This document shows, piece by piece, positions 49,188 through 59,497 of a DNA stretch of 64,000 nucleotides (within the stretch, counting starts at the first letter, position 1; every line of letters starts with the position of its first letter). The notes under the pieces are model-generated. The model had not been told where the DNA came from, searched no databases, and worked only from the letters and a program-made list of their open reading frames with translations. Both the position numbers and the translations under genes were made by a program. Origin of the DNA: Nitrospina sp. (lineage in GTDB: Bacteria > Nitrospinota > Nitrospinia > Nitrospinales > JACRGP01); contig JACAVV010000032.1 of the NCBI GenBank assembly GCA_024648695.1, forward strand, positions 1-64,000, written 5' to 3'.

Positions 49188-49863
49188 TTAATAGCTCAGC
49201 GTTAGGCCAAACTCCGGGCCGTGGATTACGTTGCTGAAAAAGCTATCGTCTTCAGCCTGTTCACCATTATGCATGATGAATCCGCGGTAGCGGATATTGG
49301 CGCTGATTTTCGAATTGATCACAAGTTCATATCCCATACTGATATCCAGTGTCTGCAAAAAGCCACTGTCCGATGCCTTGAAAAATTCCGGGCAGGTCTC
49401 ATTAGATAAATCGACATCGCCCTGTCCACAATATCAGGATCCGTGTAACCCAGCCCCATAATCAGATTGGAAAACAGACGGTGGCGGCCATCGTTTGAAA
49501 TGTTTCCAAAAAATACCGGCTCCGAATTCAGAGGAAGGGGTTTTGGAGTGAAGGATGCAGAATACCCATAGAACGGAGTGAAAATGGTTTGCGTGATTAT
49601 TTTCCCCGGAAACCGCCCTGCTTTTACTAAAATCAAAAACGTTTTGGTTTTTAAAAGTCATCCAGAATCACGGGGTGATCTAAAAGCGATGCGCCTTCAA
49701 ATATTCCGAAAAACAAGGAGTAGAAACAAATAGAAGAATTATAAATAGGATAATAAAAATTATCCGAATAAAATTGCTTTTCATTAATTCCATGGCAACC
49801 CCCTTGTAAAAAATCGAATGGCCGCCGGGAACAACTGAAACCGGCATGATTCAAAAAATTCAA
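49188..49863 (-). pseudogene. Possible disrupted gene: fragmented ORFs in three frames whose final 84-codon segment ends like an outer-membrane beta-barrel (..FGLTLSY).
   Basis: The 790-bp gap between hpnH and phr holds ORFs 49319-49636, 49434-49661 and 49651-49863 in different frames. One in-frame TGA (49434) separates two of the pieces. No intact gene of 150 aa or more is present. Confidence 0.25.
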
Positions 49864-49948
49864 GCTTTTTACTTTTGAATATTCAAAATCATAGCCTGGT
49901 AAGAAAAAGAAATGGAATTAATATTGTGCACTTTCACTCGATTTAAGA

Positions 49949-51358
49949 CTACTTTTTAAAAAGTTCCAATACCAAGGAGCGTTGAAGGTTGTGGTCTACC
50001 GTGGGGTGAGGATAATCACGGCCTATCAGGCAATCGGCCTTTTTCTGTGTCTCCTGGTTAGTGGAAGCCGGAAAATGAATGTCTTGGTCGGAAAACCCTG
50101 CCAATTCTGGAATTACCTTTCGAATAAACTTTCCTTGAGGATCAAAACGCTTCGACTGATTAACAGGGTTAAAAATCCGGAACCAAGGTTGGGCATCACA
50201 CCCAGTGGAGGCACACCATTGCCAGCCTCCATTATTGGCGGCTAAATCAAAATCAAGCAAATAGCGGGCAAAATAGGCTTCTCCTTTTCTCCAATCTACG
50301 AGTAAGTCTTTTACCAAAAAAGAAGCCGTAATCATTCGTAGCCGATTATGCATTCGGCCAGTGGCATTAAAATTACGCATTGCAGCATCCACTAATGGAT
50401 AGCCTGTTTGCCCCCGGCACCAGGCTTTAAACATTTGTTCGGTCCCTGACCATTCAATGGAATTGTATTCGGGCTTAAAAGTGGAATGGGCTACATGGGG
50501 AAACCGGTCTAAAACCATTTGATAAAACTCACGCCAAATCAGTTCTGTCAACCACGCCTGAGCCCCCTCTGTCTTTAGTTCAATTATCTGGCGGATCAAT
50601 TGGCGAATGGAAAGTAATCCAAACCTCAAATATACGGAGAGTTCGGAAGTTACTTCCTTTGACGGAATATCACGATTTTTTTTGTAATGATCAATTTGGT
50701 TGAGGAAGCGACTCAACTGTAGTTCAGCAGATACTTCTCCAGCAGAGAACCAAAGGGATGAGGGTTTGAATCCAATTTTTTTCAGGGATAGTGGTTTTAA
50801 AAAGGGTTTAATCTCTTTGATTGGAATTAACTTTTTATAATCTGGTGTGTATTCCAGAAAAAACTCCTTATCTATTTTTTTCATCCAGGCGTTTTTGTAG
50901 GGAGTGAACACCCGATAGGCTTGTCTTTTCTGATTATTAAGCTCCCGCCCTTCAAATATCACCTGATCCTTGAAGGTTTTAAAAGGAATATCCATTGTCC
51001 GGAGGGTAGCTTCCACAGTTTCATCACGTTCTTTTGATATTGGCTCGTAATCCCTATTACAAACAACAACATCCATCTCCATCTGTCTTGCGAGGCGAGG
51101 AATTTCGATACGAGGGTCTCCATACAAAGTGATCAGGCCGGATCCTAAATCCTTTAAGTTCTGATCCAATTCCTTGATGGATTGATAAATAAAGTTGACC
51201 CGTCGATCATCTCGGTCCTTCAGTTTTTCAAGGATTGTGGTATCAAAGACAAAAACTAACGCTACACCTTTCGCCATTTGACAGGCTTCAAACAATGCGC
51301 GGTGATCCGAAAGACGAAGATCGCGCCGAATCCAGCAAAGCGCTCTTTCGAAGTTCAT
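49949..51358 (-). CDS. phrB: Deoxyribodipyrimidine photolyase (class I CPD photolyase/cryptochrome family).
   Basis: The N-terminus LCWIRRDLRLSDHRALF has the photolyase alpha/beta domain signature. The C-terminal FAD-binding domain has the W..ELIWREFY and GWQW blocks. It is 469 aa. Confidence 0.85.
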   Translation of the reverse strand: MNFERALCWIRRDLRLSDHRALFEACQMAKGVALVFVFDTTILEKLKDRDDRRVNFIYQSIKELDQNLKDLGSGLITLYGDPRIEIPRLARQMEMDVVVCNRDYEPISKERDETVEATLRTMDIPFKTFKDQVIFEGRELNNQKRQAYRVFTPYKNAWMKKIDKEFFLEYTPDYKKLIPIKEIKPFLKPLSLKKIGFKPSSLWFSAGEVSAELQLSRFLNQIDHYKKNRDIPSKEVTSELSVYLRFGLLSIRQLIRQIIELKTEGAQAWLTELIWREFYQMVLDRFPHVAHSTFKPEYNSIEWSGTEQMFKAWCRGQTGYPLVDAAMRNFNATGRMHNRLRMITASFLVKDLLVDWRKGEAYFARYLLDFDLAANNGGWQWCASTGCDAQPWFRIFNPVNQSKRFDPQGKFIRKVIPELAGFSDQDIHFPASTNQETQKKADCLIGRDYPHPTVDHNLQRSLVLELFKK

Positions 51359-51371
51359 AAATTTTTAGCTC

Positions 51372-51767
51372 TTACAAAGTTTGATAGGTTAAGGTAGCAA
51401 TCAAACTACAGATAACCATCAGGCTCATGGAAGGAGCCATTTTGAAATAGGGGTTATGCACCTTCAAATGAGTTCCCAAAGCAGCCAACATCAGGACGGC
51501 TATTCCAGATGCTCCAAGAAACACAACGATTGCATCGTCACTAAAAAGCATAAATGAAAATGAAAGTTTAAGAATTCCTACCAGATCCCTTAGCCAGGGA
51601 GGTAATTGGTAAGTCTTGAATTCTTCTACAATATTCTGATACCGAACCACCCAGACAAAGAAGATGGAGCTTGCAACCAGTACCTTAAATGCATAAATAA
51701 AGCTGAATAACGTAATCATGATATTCTCCTTTTTAGTTCCTAAATCGTGAACGAAAATGTTCACCAA
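51372..51767 (-). CDS. DoxX-family small membrane protein (4 TM), immediately upstream of and co-oriented with the photolyase gene.
   Basis: It has four hydrophobic helices in 115-131 aa, and 13 bp separate it from the phr start. Confidence 0.5.
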   Translation of the reverse strand: MVNIFVHDLGTKKENIMITLFSFIYAFKVLVASSIFFVWVVRYQNIVEEFKTYQLPPWLRDLVGILKLSFSFMLFSDDAIVVFLGASGIAVLMLAALGTHLKVHNPYFKMAPSMSLMVICSLIATLTYQTL

Positions 51768-51785
51768 TTTCTTTAAAGTTTTTTA

Positions 51786-52247
51786 TCAATATGGCACTCT
51801 CGGACTCCAACCCCTAAACCCTTCCCAAGGCTGTACATCCTCGTTTTTACTTTTTGTTTCTTTCTCTTGGTGGTTCGGCTCCTTCGGTACCCCTTTTGAT
51901 GTGAGAGGGGTTTCCTCTTCAGTAATTTTTCCTGATTCTGGTTTTATGTTTGAAGGCTTCGGGGATTGACCATACGGAACCCTTGGGCTCCAACCCCTAA
52001 ATCCTTCCCAGGACTTTACATCGTCCTGTTCGCCAGAATCCGCAATTAGGTGAACAATTTGTAGGGTTGAGGATGAATTTGAAAATGGAATCCTTTTAAA
52101 TAACTGTGACTTCACATTGGAAGGATTGGCCAAAAGTTGAGTTGGAATAATGATGAGAAAAGAAATACAAATGGTAATTAGGATTGTTAATTTGAATTTC
52201 ATGATAATGACCTCAAGTTTTAGGAAAAATTTAATTAGATCCCTCAA
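51786..52247 (-). CDS. Secreted hypothetical protein containing two copies of a 13-aa motif, WEGFRGWSPRVPY (one internal, one at the C-terminus).
   Basis: It has a signal peptide/TM (MKFKLTILITICISFLIIIPTQLLA). The two motif copies are encoded by imperfect 48-bp DNA repeats at 51789-51836 and 51971-52018. Confidence 0.45.
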   Translation of the reverse strand: MRDLIKFFLKLEVIIMKFKLTILITICISFLIIIPTQLLANPSNVKSQLFKRIPFSNSSSTLQIVHLIADSGEQDDVKSWEGFRGWSPRVPYGQSPKPSNIKPESGKITEEETPLTSKGVPKEPNHQEKETKSKNEDVQPWEGFRGWSPRVPY

Positions 52248-52710
52248 TATGCATTGAGGCAGGTAGTTGCTTTTCGCAAGGAATACTTGGGTTGAATCCG
52301 CATTCGTGGAAGCGGATCAAACTGGAATTTAGAATTGCCCGGTTGCCCCTGGCATATTTTTTCGCGGTATTGAAAGCTTCAACAGCTTCTTCATGAAGTC
52401 TCAATTGGTGCAGAGTCAATCCGAGATTATAGGAAACCACCCCAAGCCCCGGGTCACGAAATTGTCGGGCCAATGATTCCGCCTTGGAAAAAAATTCCTG
52501 TGCGCCTATGAAATTCCCTGATTTAAACAGGTTAATTCCTTTTTCATTAGCAACAGATATTTCCATGTCAAACCTTTTGGATCCTTCCGACTTGGGCAGT
52601 GCGATAGGCAACTCCTCGCCTGCCAAAACCTGCCCTGCCGGCAAAGCCAGAATCAGGGCCAATAAAAGATACATATGCAAATGTTTCATTTTTATAACCT
52701 CCGTGACCAA
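52231..52710 (-). CDS. Secreted TPR-like hypothetical protein.
   Basis: It has a signal peptide (MKHLHMYLLLALILALPAGQVLA) and a helical repeat region. Confidence 0.4.
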   Translation of the reverse strand: MVTEVIKMKHLHMYLLLALILALPAGQVLAGEELPIALPKSEGSKRFDMEISVANEKGINLFKSGNFIGAQEFFSKAESLARQFRDPGLGVVSYNLGLTLHQLRLHEEAVEAFNTAKKYARGNRAILNSSLIRFHECGFNPSIPCEKQLPASMHIEGSN

Positions 52711-52717
52711 GAATTCT

Positions 52718-53050
52718 TCATGACGTTTTAATGATCCATTGTTTTTTTTCCATGCAAGATAAAATCAGATTACGCTTTAGAAGCAATCTCTCCCCAGAGC
52801 CTTGACTTCCTTCGCTTCTTTTAGAGTGCAACTGGCCATAAGTTCGGCAGGAATTTAGATCGCTTTTGAATTTTTCCTGCCCCTGTACTTTCAAATCGGT
52901 GAAGGATTCATAATTGAAGTTTGGTTGACAGCCAGTAAGAAGAAAAATAAATCCTCCATTAAGCAAGAGAACCAATAATTTCTGAGAATGTTTCATAATA
53001 AATATCCAAAGTCGGCTTTCAGGTCTAAAAGCTTTGATCAGCCCTTTCAC
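52718..53050 (-). CDS. Small lipoprotein (lipobox LLTGC).
   Basis: The start is likely at MKHSQKLLVLLLNGGFIFLLTGC. The ORF is short and lies in the operon. Confidence 0.4.
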   Translation of the reverse strand: MKGLIKAFRPESRLWIFIMKHSQKLLVLLLNGGFIFLLTGCQPNFNYESFTDLKVQGQEKFKSDLNSCRTYGQLHSKRSEGSQGSGERLLLKRNLILSCMEKKQWIIKTS

Positions 53051-53204
53051 TTGATTTTCTTTCGATCAATCAGTATGTGACCCCAAACCGGCATATTTCA
53101 CGAGAAAAATAAAGAGAAGGGCCCACGGTAAAATAATTCTCCCTAACGCTGGCCTTCACCCTCGGTGAGTACGGACAATGACTTTTCCTTATTTCCAAAT
53201 ACAC

Positions 53205-53666
53205 TCATGAAATAGATGAGTTAAGGGAGCGGATATAATGAATCAATTGCCAAATTTTTTTGTCAGGCAAATGCTTGTAAGCAGGCATGGATGTGCCTTT
53301 GGATCCATTTTTTATGATCCAGAATAGCTGACCGTCTGATATCCCATCCATAGTCAAGTCGCAAGTAAAGTTCCTGGGTTTGGGATTCATTCTTAAAGAC
53401 ATGGGTCCTTCTCCGTTGCCTGCCATTCCATGGCATTGTTTGCAAGCCAACGGTTTGGCCTTTATATGGGCCAACACTTTTCCTTTTTTAATGTGGCGTG
53501 GCTCTTTTCTGAGCGGATTTTTCTTTTCCAAGTATTCCACAGGCGCCTTCAAGGTATTTCTTGCCTGAGGACATTCAGTCGCCTGAAGATTAACCGGTGC
53601 ATAAAGGACAATTGCAACCAGTAATAGAATGTGAAAAAAACCGGATTTGTTCGAATAAGGTTTCAT
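53205..53666 (-). CDS. Monoheme class I cytochrome c, periplasmic.
   Basis: It has a signal peptide and a CKQCHGMAGNGEG heme-binding motif, with a distal Met region. The start is re-picked at MKPYSNKS to avoid overlap with the next gene. Confidence 0.7.
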   Translation of the reverse strand: MKPYSNKSGFFHILLLVAIVLYAPVNLQATECPQARNTLKAPVEYLEKKNPLRKEPRHIKKGKVLAHIKAKPLACKQCHGMAGNGEGPMSLRMNPKPRNFTCDLTMDGISDGQLFWIIKNGSKGTSMPAYKHLPDKKIWQLIHYIRSLNSSIS

Positions 53667-53688
53667 ATTAAATTTCTCCGTAAGGAAA

Positions 53689-54054
53689 TCAGGAAATTGC
53701 ACCCTCCTGTTTTTGGGAATATCGGATGTATTGAATGATTTCCCGGATTTGATCTTTCTTAACTCGATTCTTTTGGGAAGGCATTGCTCCGGAACTGGAA
53801 CCATTCAATATCGTTCGAAAAAATTTGTAGTCTGGGAAATTTTCTTTCACAAACTTTTCTTGCATTAGATCTGGTGCTTTGTTACCTCCCTGCCCATCTG
53901 GGCCATGACAGTTCGCACACACCTTATGGAAATACGCTTGTCCGGTCTTGTATTCTTCCGGAACGGATTTCCCGGGTTCTACCGAGCAGGCGCTAAAAAG
54001 CATCAATGCCCCTGTCAGCAATAAGACCTGCTTCACTCGTTTCATTTTTGTCAT
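53689..54054 (-). CDS. Monoheme class I cytochrome c (c552/c6-like), periplasmic.
   Basis: It has the signal/lipobox segment LLLTGALMLFSACS and a CANCHGPDGQGG motif. It is 121 aa. Confidence 0.75.
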   Translation of the reverse strand: MTKMKRVKQVLLLTGALMLFSACSVEPGKSVPEEYKTGQAYFHKVCANCHGPDGQGGNKAPDLMQEKFVKENFPDYKFFRTILNGSSSGAMPSQKNRVKKDQIREIIQYIRYSQKQEGAIS

Positions 54055-55130
54055 CCTTGTTTTTCTTTAATTAGATCCTTCAGGGATTGATACTCTGTAT
54101 TCTCGGGACGGATTTGCAAAGCATTGTCTATAGCCGTTATGGCTTTGCCAAACTTTTCAGCCCCCAAATGTATGAGTGCATCCATATAAAAGCTTCTTGC
54201 TTCCATGTTTGGATCGGATTCCACGTCGCGCGCGCAACGGAATCCCAAACCTACCCCATAGGAATTGTTCATAGGATTGTTCCAAAATCGATGGGTGGTG
54301 GTGATACTTTGAGCGGGAGCAAACCAGGAGCCTCCACGAATTACTTTTTTCTTTCCGGCAATCCCTTTAACGCTCTGCACGCTATTGATACTGGAAGATT
54401 CTTTAAATGAAGGTCCCTGGGGATTTCTAACCTCTTGTGAAGTTTTGTAATAGTTGGGATCATACCAATCCTGTACCCATTCGAATACGTTGCCAGCCAT
54501 GTTGTAAACACCGTAATAGCTCTTTCCCTCCGGATAGCTATTCACATCCGATGTTATTTCATTTTGTCCTTTTTTACCTTTCGCGAAATTAGCCTTGTTA
54601 AGGTCGAGTCCATTACCCCAAGGATAAGTAAGACCCGCCGGCCCCCGGGCGGCTTTTTCCCATTCCGCTTCGGTAGGTAAGCGTTTGTTGGCCCAATGAC
54701 AATAGGCATTGGCGTCAAACCAGTTCACTCCTGTAACCGGTTGTTTGGGTCCGTTCAATTGGTGATGGTCCCAATATGCGGGGGCAGGGTAATCGGTTGC
54801 TTTTATGAATTCGGTGTATTGAGAATTTGAAACCTCATATTTATCGATGTAATACGCGCTGAGATAGATCATTCGCGACGGGCTTTCATCCTGAAACATT
54901 TTTCGTGGATACAAATTCGAAGTAGATACCTTTTTGGAATCATTGGAATCCACACCCCGGACAAAACCTCCGGGGTTGATCAACGCCATGTTCTCCGGCA
55001 CCAAACCTTTTTGGGCACTGGCTATTTGGGGTAATAGCGTCAAAACCATCATAAAAATTGTCGTGATCGTTCTTTTAGTTATTGAAATAGATTTAAATAT
55101 GTTCATTTCATTCTCCTCAGATGAAATCAA
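54051..55130 (-). CDS. Formylglycine-generating-enzyme (FGE/SUMF1) family protein with a C-terminal TPR-like tail; paralog of 56397-57443.
   Basis: It has the FGE-sulfatase domain blocks (..YYIDKYEVSNSQY.., RLPTEAEWEKAARG, VIRGGSWFAP...GFRCARDV) and a signal peptide. Confidence 0.8.
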   Translation of the reverse strand: MISSEENEMNIFKSISITKRTITTIFMMVLTLLPQIASAQKGLVPENMALINPGGFVRGVDSNDSKKVSTSNLYPRKMFQDESPSRMIYLSAYYIDKYEVSNSQYTEFIKATDYPAPAYWDHHQLNGPKQPVTGVNWFDANAYCHWANKRLPTEAEWEKAARGPAGLTYPWGNGLDLNKANFAKGKKGQNEITSDVNSYPEGKSYYGVYNMAGNVFEWVQDWYDPNYYKTSQEVRNPQGPSFKESSSINSVQSVKGIAGKKKVIRGGSWFAPAQSITTTHRFWNNPMNNSYGVGLGFRCARDVESDPNMEARSFYMDALIHLGAEKFGKAITAIDNALQIRPENTEYQSLKDLIKEKQG

Positions 55131-55142
55131 TAGGTTCTCAAG

Positions 55143-55936
<794 letters not shown>

Positions 55937-55940
<4 letters not shown>

Positions 55941-56320
55941 TTTTTAGACTCCTTGCTCCCGGTTATAACGGTAGATGTTATTTTCATAATTTGATCGAGT
56001 AATTCTTGAACCTTGTCCTGATCCCCCAAACGCTCGGCGTCATAGGCTTCGGCCAGGAGTTCGCGGGATTTATGAAGGTTCATTTCCAATTGAGATTGCA
56101 CTTGAGGTGAAGCAAGCGTACCCCCCAGGGCGGCATGATGGTATTGTTCCCAGGCCTCTTCAACGGCTAATCGGGCGGTGGAAGTCGTGTGGATAGAGTT
56201 GGCGTTTAAAGTCTCTCCAGAAATGGCCAAACCCGAATGCGACAATCCTATTGTGATAGTTAGCATCCAGCCCCAAAACATTCCACGGACCAGGTTTCTA
56301 AATTTGAACGAATAAAACAT
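55937..56320 (-). CDS. Secreted helical hypothetical protein (127 aa).
   Basis: It has a hydrophobic N-terminus and an acidic, helical C-terminus. It overlaps the downstream FGE gene by 4 bp. Confidence 0.4.
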
Positions 56321-56351
56321 AATAACTAGCTCCCAAAAACCGGGTTCATTA

Positions 56352-56378
56352 TTAAGAGGAGGGGCAACAGCCCCTCCT
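56352..56378 (-). terminator. Perfect 9-bp GC hairpin (GAGGAGGGG-caacag-CCCCTCCTC) between an FGE paralog and the next gene. It is terminator- or attenuator-like and has no clean U-tract.
   Basis: The inverted repeat was read directly from the sequence. Both flanks are AT-rich, so it may act as a partial terminator within the operon. Confidence 0.3.
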
Positions 56379-56396
56379 CATTAGTGGATTTCAGGG

Positions 56397-57443
56397 TTAT
56401 TGAACTTGCTTTCCAATCATTTCCTTCAACTTCCTATACTCCGGATTGCCAGGATCCTGGCTCAAAGCCTTTTCAATTGACTTCATAGCTTGCGGGTATT
56501 TCTCGGCGCCCATATGGATCAAGGCATTCATGTAGAAGGTTCTTGCTTCCAACAAGGAATCGTTTTCTACAGAGCGGGCGCAACGAAAACCGAGTCCAAC
56601 GCCATAACTGTTGTTCATGGGATCGTTCCAGAATCGATGCGTGTTGGTTACAGATTCAGCCGGTGCGTACCAGGAGCCACCACGGATTACCCTTTTCTTG
56701 CCAGTCGCAATGCGGTCTACATAAGTTCCCGTCGCACTTAGAAAGACACCCTCTATAGGCCCGGTCGGGTTGATCATATCCCTCGAGGTTTTGAAATAAT
56801 TAGGGTCGTACCAATCCTGTACCCATTCAAAAACGTTACCGGCCATGTTGTAGGCCCCGTAAGGACTTTTACCTTCAGGATAGGCATCCACGTTGGCAGT
56901 GAATTCCTGCTTTCTACCGTAATTGGCTTTGCTGGAATCAAGTTCATTTCCCCAGGGATACGTAAAACCTTCTGGACCGCGCGCGGCTTTTTCCCATTCT
57001 GCTTCGGTGGGAAGGCGCTTATTGGCCCAGCTACAGTATGCGTTCGCATCATGCCAATTCACGCCGCTTACAGGCTGTTGAGGTTTGTTCCGTTTGTGAT
57101 CGTCCCAATAAGCCGGGGCAGGATGGCCCGTCGCTTTAATAAAATCGCCATATTGCTTGTTGGAAACTTCGTAGGTGTCGATGTAGTAAGAATCCAGAAT
57201 CACGTTATGGGCGGGACCCTCATCATTGAAGGCTTCTTTGGATACGCGATACTTCAATTGTTGAGCTTTGGACATTTTTTTAGTATTGGGATTGGTCTTC
57301 TTGTCAACTCCCATCAAAAACGATCCCCCTGGAACTCTGACCATACCCTCCGGCACCGGTTCCCCAAAACTGTTACCAGCCGATAAGAAAACTGAAATGG
57401 CGACCACTGTCACCGCCGTCTGAAAAGGCAAACGTTTGTTCAT
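56397..57443 (-). CDS. Formylglycine-generating-enzyme (FGE/SUMF1) family protein with a C-terminal TPR-like tail; first gene of the minus-strand operon.
   Basis: It is about 60% identical to 54051-55130 across the FGE domain (..YYIDTYEVSNKQY.., RLPTEAEWEKAARG, VIRGGSWYAP..GFRCARSV). It has a signal peptide. Confidence 0.8.
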   Translation of the reverse strand: MNKRLPFQTAVTVVAISVFLSAGNSFGEPVPEGMVRVPGGSFLMGVDKKTNPNTKKMSKAQQLKYRVSKEAFNDEGPAHNVILDSYYIDTYEVSNKQYGDFIKATGHPAPAYWDDHKRNKPQQPVSGVNWHDANAYCSWANKRLPTEAEWEKAARGPEGFTYPWGNELDSSKANYGRKQEFTANVDAYPEGKSPYGAYNMAGNVFEWVQDWYDPNYFKTSRDMINPTGPIEGVFLSATGTYVDRIATGKKRVIRGGSWYAPAESVTNTHRFWNDPMNNSYGVGLGFRCARSVENDSLLEARTFYMNALIHMGAEKYPQAMKSIEKALSQDPGNPEYRKLKEMIGKQVQ

Positions 57444-57467
57444 GATATTTCTCCTTAAAATATTAAT

Positions 57468-57566
57468 GTTTGTCTAATGTTTCGACAAAAGATTATCTAA
57501 TGATTTTTATTTTGTCAAATGTTTTTTTAAAAAAGTTTTGACAGACATTAGCAATATTGATATTTT
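57468..57566. promoter_or_regulatory. Divergent promoter/operator region. It has the inverted pair GTCTAATGTTTCGACAAAAG (57473-57492) and TTTGACAGACATTAGCA (57537-57553) around a central TTTTGTCAAATG, plus TTGACA-17bp-TATTTT ending 6 nt before the merR-family ATG.
   Basis: The palindromic arrangement was read directly. The -35/-10 spacing is canonical. The TTGTC(T/A)AATG half-site occurs three times in alternating orientation. Confidence 0.5.
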
Positions 57567-57572
57567 TAGGGT

Positions 57573-58496
57573 ATGGATACTTATAAAATAGATCATGTAG
57601 CAAGGTTGACCGGGTTGAGTAAACACGTGATTCGGTCCTGGGAAAGGCGGTATGACTTGTTGCAACCGGTACGTGGAGACAACCGGTACCGCATGTATTC
57701 CGAGGAAGATGTAGATTTGCTAATTTATATCAAGAGACAATTAGAGAACGGGTTTGCCATAGGGGAATTGGCAAGGCTAGGGCGACAAAACTTGATTGAA
57801 CGGATGCGGAGCAGTACAGTTCGCGCTGGTGAAGCTGAAGAACCTCCCCTCAATCGAATAAATAATAATTTGGTATCAAGTATCAATCCCCTGGATAAGG
57901 AAAGGTTTATTCGAATATTAAACGAAGGGGTTTCTTTACTTCCCTTTGAGCAAGTCTTTTATAAAATATTTGTTCCTTTGCAACTTAAAGTGGGAGACAT
58001 GTGGCATGAAGGAAAAATTGGGGTTGGTGTTGAGCATTTCGTTACAAACCAAATTCGGCAGAAGTTTTTGGCTTTTTTAAACCAAATTCCTGTTTCTCAT
58101 CAGGGCCCTAAAGTGGTTATCAGTTGTCTTCCAGAGGATTCTCACGAACTGGGCGCATGGATGGTAGCCTATCTATGCTCGATGAATAGTTGCCAAGTTT
58201 ATTACCTTGGAGCCAAAATGCCGATCAAGGAACTCGGAGCTTTTTGCACGCTCACGCGACCCAGCCTGGTATTGCTGTCCTGTACAGGTAAATTTTCCAA
58301 AAGGGAGGTCAAGTCAATTACTGAAGATTACTGTAATTTGGTATTGCCCGCGTGTCCGATTTGGGCGGGAGGCGCCGCCATGGAATCTTTGGGAAAATCC
58401 TTCACCCAAAATGGAATTGAAGTGCTCGGCTCCATGCATGTTTTGGAAGACCGCTTGAAGCGTTTATCTCACTTTTTGAATCCAACTCTTAAATAA
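57573..58496 (+). CDS. MerR-family transcriptional regulator with a C-terminal cobalamin (B12)-binding domain (CarH/LitR-type light-responsive regulator).
   Basis: It has the N-terminal MerR HTH (IDHVARLTGLSKHVIRSWERRY) and a C-terminal Rossmann-like B12-binding domain with a DxHxxG motif (EDSHELG). It is 307 aa. Confidence 0.75.
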   Translation: MDTYKIDHVARLTGLSKHVIRSWERRYDLLQPVRGDNRYRMYSEEDVDLLIYIKRQLENGFAIGELARLGRQNLIERMRSSTVRAGEAEEPPLNRINNNLVSSINPLDKERFIRILNEGVSLLPFEQVFYKIFVPLQLKVGDMWHEGKIGVGVEHFVTNQIRQKFLAFLNQIPVSHQGPKVVISCLPEDSHELGAWMVAYLCSMNSCQVYYLGAKMPIKELGAFCTLTRPSLVLLSCTGKFSKREVKSITEDYCNLVLPACPIWAGGAAMESLGKSFTQNGIEVLGSMHVLEDRLKRLSHFLNPTLK

Positions 58497-58532
58497 TTGG
58501 AGGGGGCCTAAAAACATTCGGCCTTAAATGTC

Positions 58533-59489
58533 ATGAACGACAACATTCAAATCGGTGTCAGCAGTTGCCTGCTCGGCGAAAAGGTACGTTGGAACGGTGA
58601 CCATAAAAAAGATCGCTATGTCCAGGAGGTTTTGGGGAAATTTTTTAATTACATTCCGGTTTGCCCTGAAATGGAAGTGGGGATGGGGGTTCCCAGGGAA
58701 ACGGTGGCCTTGTACGGATCGTTGGAAGAACCCAAAATGCTGTCCCGAACCACAAGGACCGACTGGACCAAACGGATGAACCGTTTTATTAAAGCCCGGA
58801 TCAAGGATTTGGCCGGGGAGGATCTTGACGGTTTTATTTTTAAATCGAAATCTCCCTCCTGCGGCCTGGGTAGGATTCCCGTGTATTCACTGGAAGACCC
58901 TGCGAAAGCCAGACACGGTGCAGGCTTATTTGCCAGAGAATTCTCAAAAGTTTTCCCCCTTGTTCCCTCTGAAGAAGAAGGCAGGTTGCACGATCCGAAA
59001 ATTCGGGAAAATTTTATTGTGCGGGTATTTAGCTTTCATCGATTGAAATCCGCTTTGTTTCACGGGAGAGCCAAAGCAGGCTTTTTGGTAAAATTTCATA
59101 CTCAGCATAAGTTTCTTCTTTTGGCGCACAGTAGAAAACACTATCTGGAGTTGGGAAAAATTGTGGCCGAGGTTAAAAGCCAACCTTGGAATCGAGTATT
59201 GGTATCCTACGCATCCACTTTCATGGAAGCACTCGCTCTTAAATCAACGGCAAAAAAAAATACCGATGTGCTTATGCACATGATGGGCTTTTTTAAAAAG
59301 TTGATTCCCAGTGAAGACAAGAAAGATATTCTGCAAGCAATTGAAGACTACAGGAATGAACTGGTTCCGCTGGTTGTCCCGGTGACCCTCGTACAGCATT
59401 ACGTCAAAAAGTATCGAGTCGAATATCTACTCGACCAGGTTTATCTGAATCCCCATCCTAAAGAACTCATGCTGAGGAACCATGTTTAG
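58533..59489 (+). CDS. ybgA: DUF523 plus DUF1722 fusion protein (YbgA-like, a photolyase-operon-associated family).
   Basis: The N-terminus IGVSSCLLGEKVRWNGDHK is typical of DUF523, and the C-terminal half matches DUF1722. It sits directly downstream of the MerR-B12 gene. Confidence 0.7.
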   Translation: MNDNIQIGVSSCLLGEKVRWNGDHKKDRYVQEVLGKFFNYIPVCPEMEVGMGVPRETVALYGSLEEPKMLSRTTRTDWTKRMNRFIKARIKDLAGEDLDGFIFKSKSPSCGLGRIPVYSLEDPAKARHGAGLFAREFSKVFPLVPSEEEGRLHDPKIRENFIVRVFSFHRLKSALFHGRAKAGFLVKFHTQHKFLLLAHSRKHYLELGKIVAEVKSQPWNRVLVSYASTFMEALALKSTAKKNTDVLMHMMGFFKKLIPSEDKKDILQAIEDYRNELVPLVVPVTLVQHYVKKYRVEYLLDQVYLNPHPKELMLRNHV

Positions 59490-59497
59490 CAATTGGA

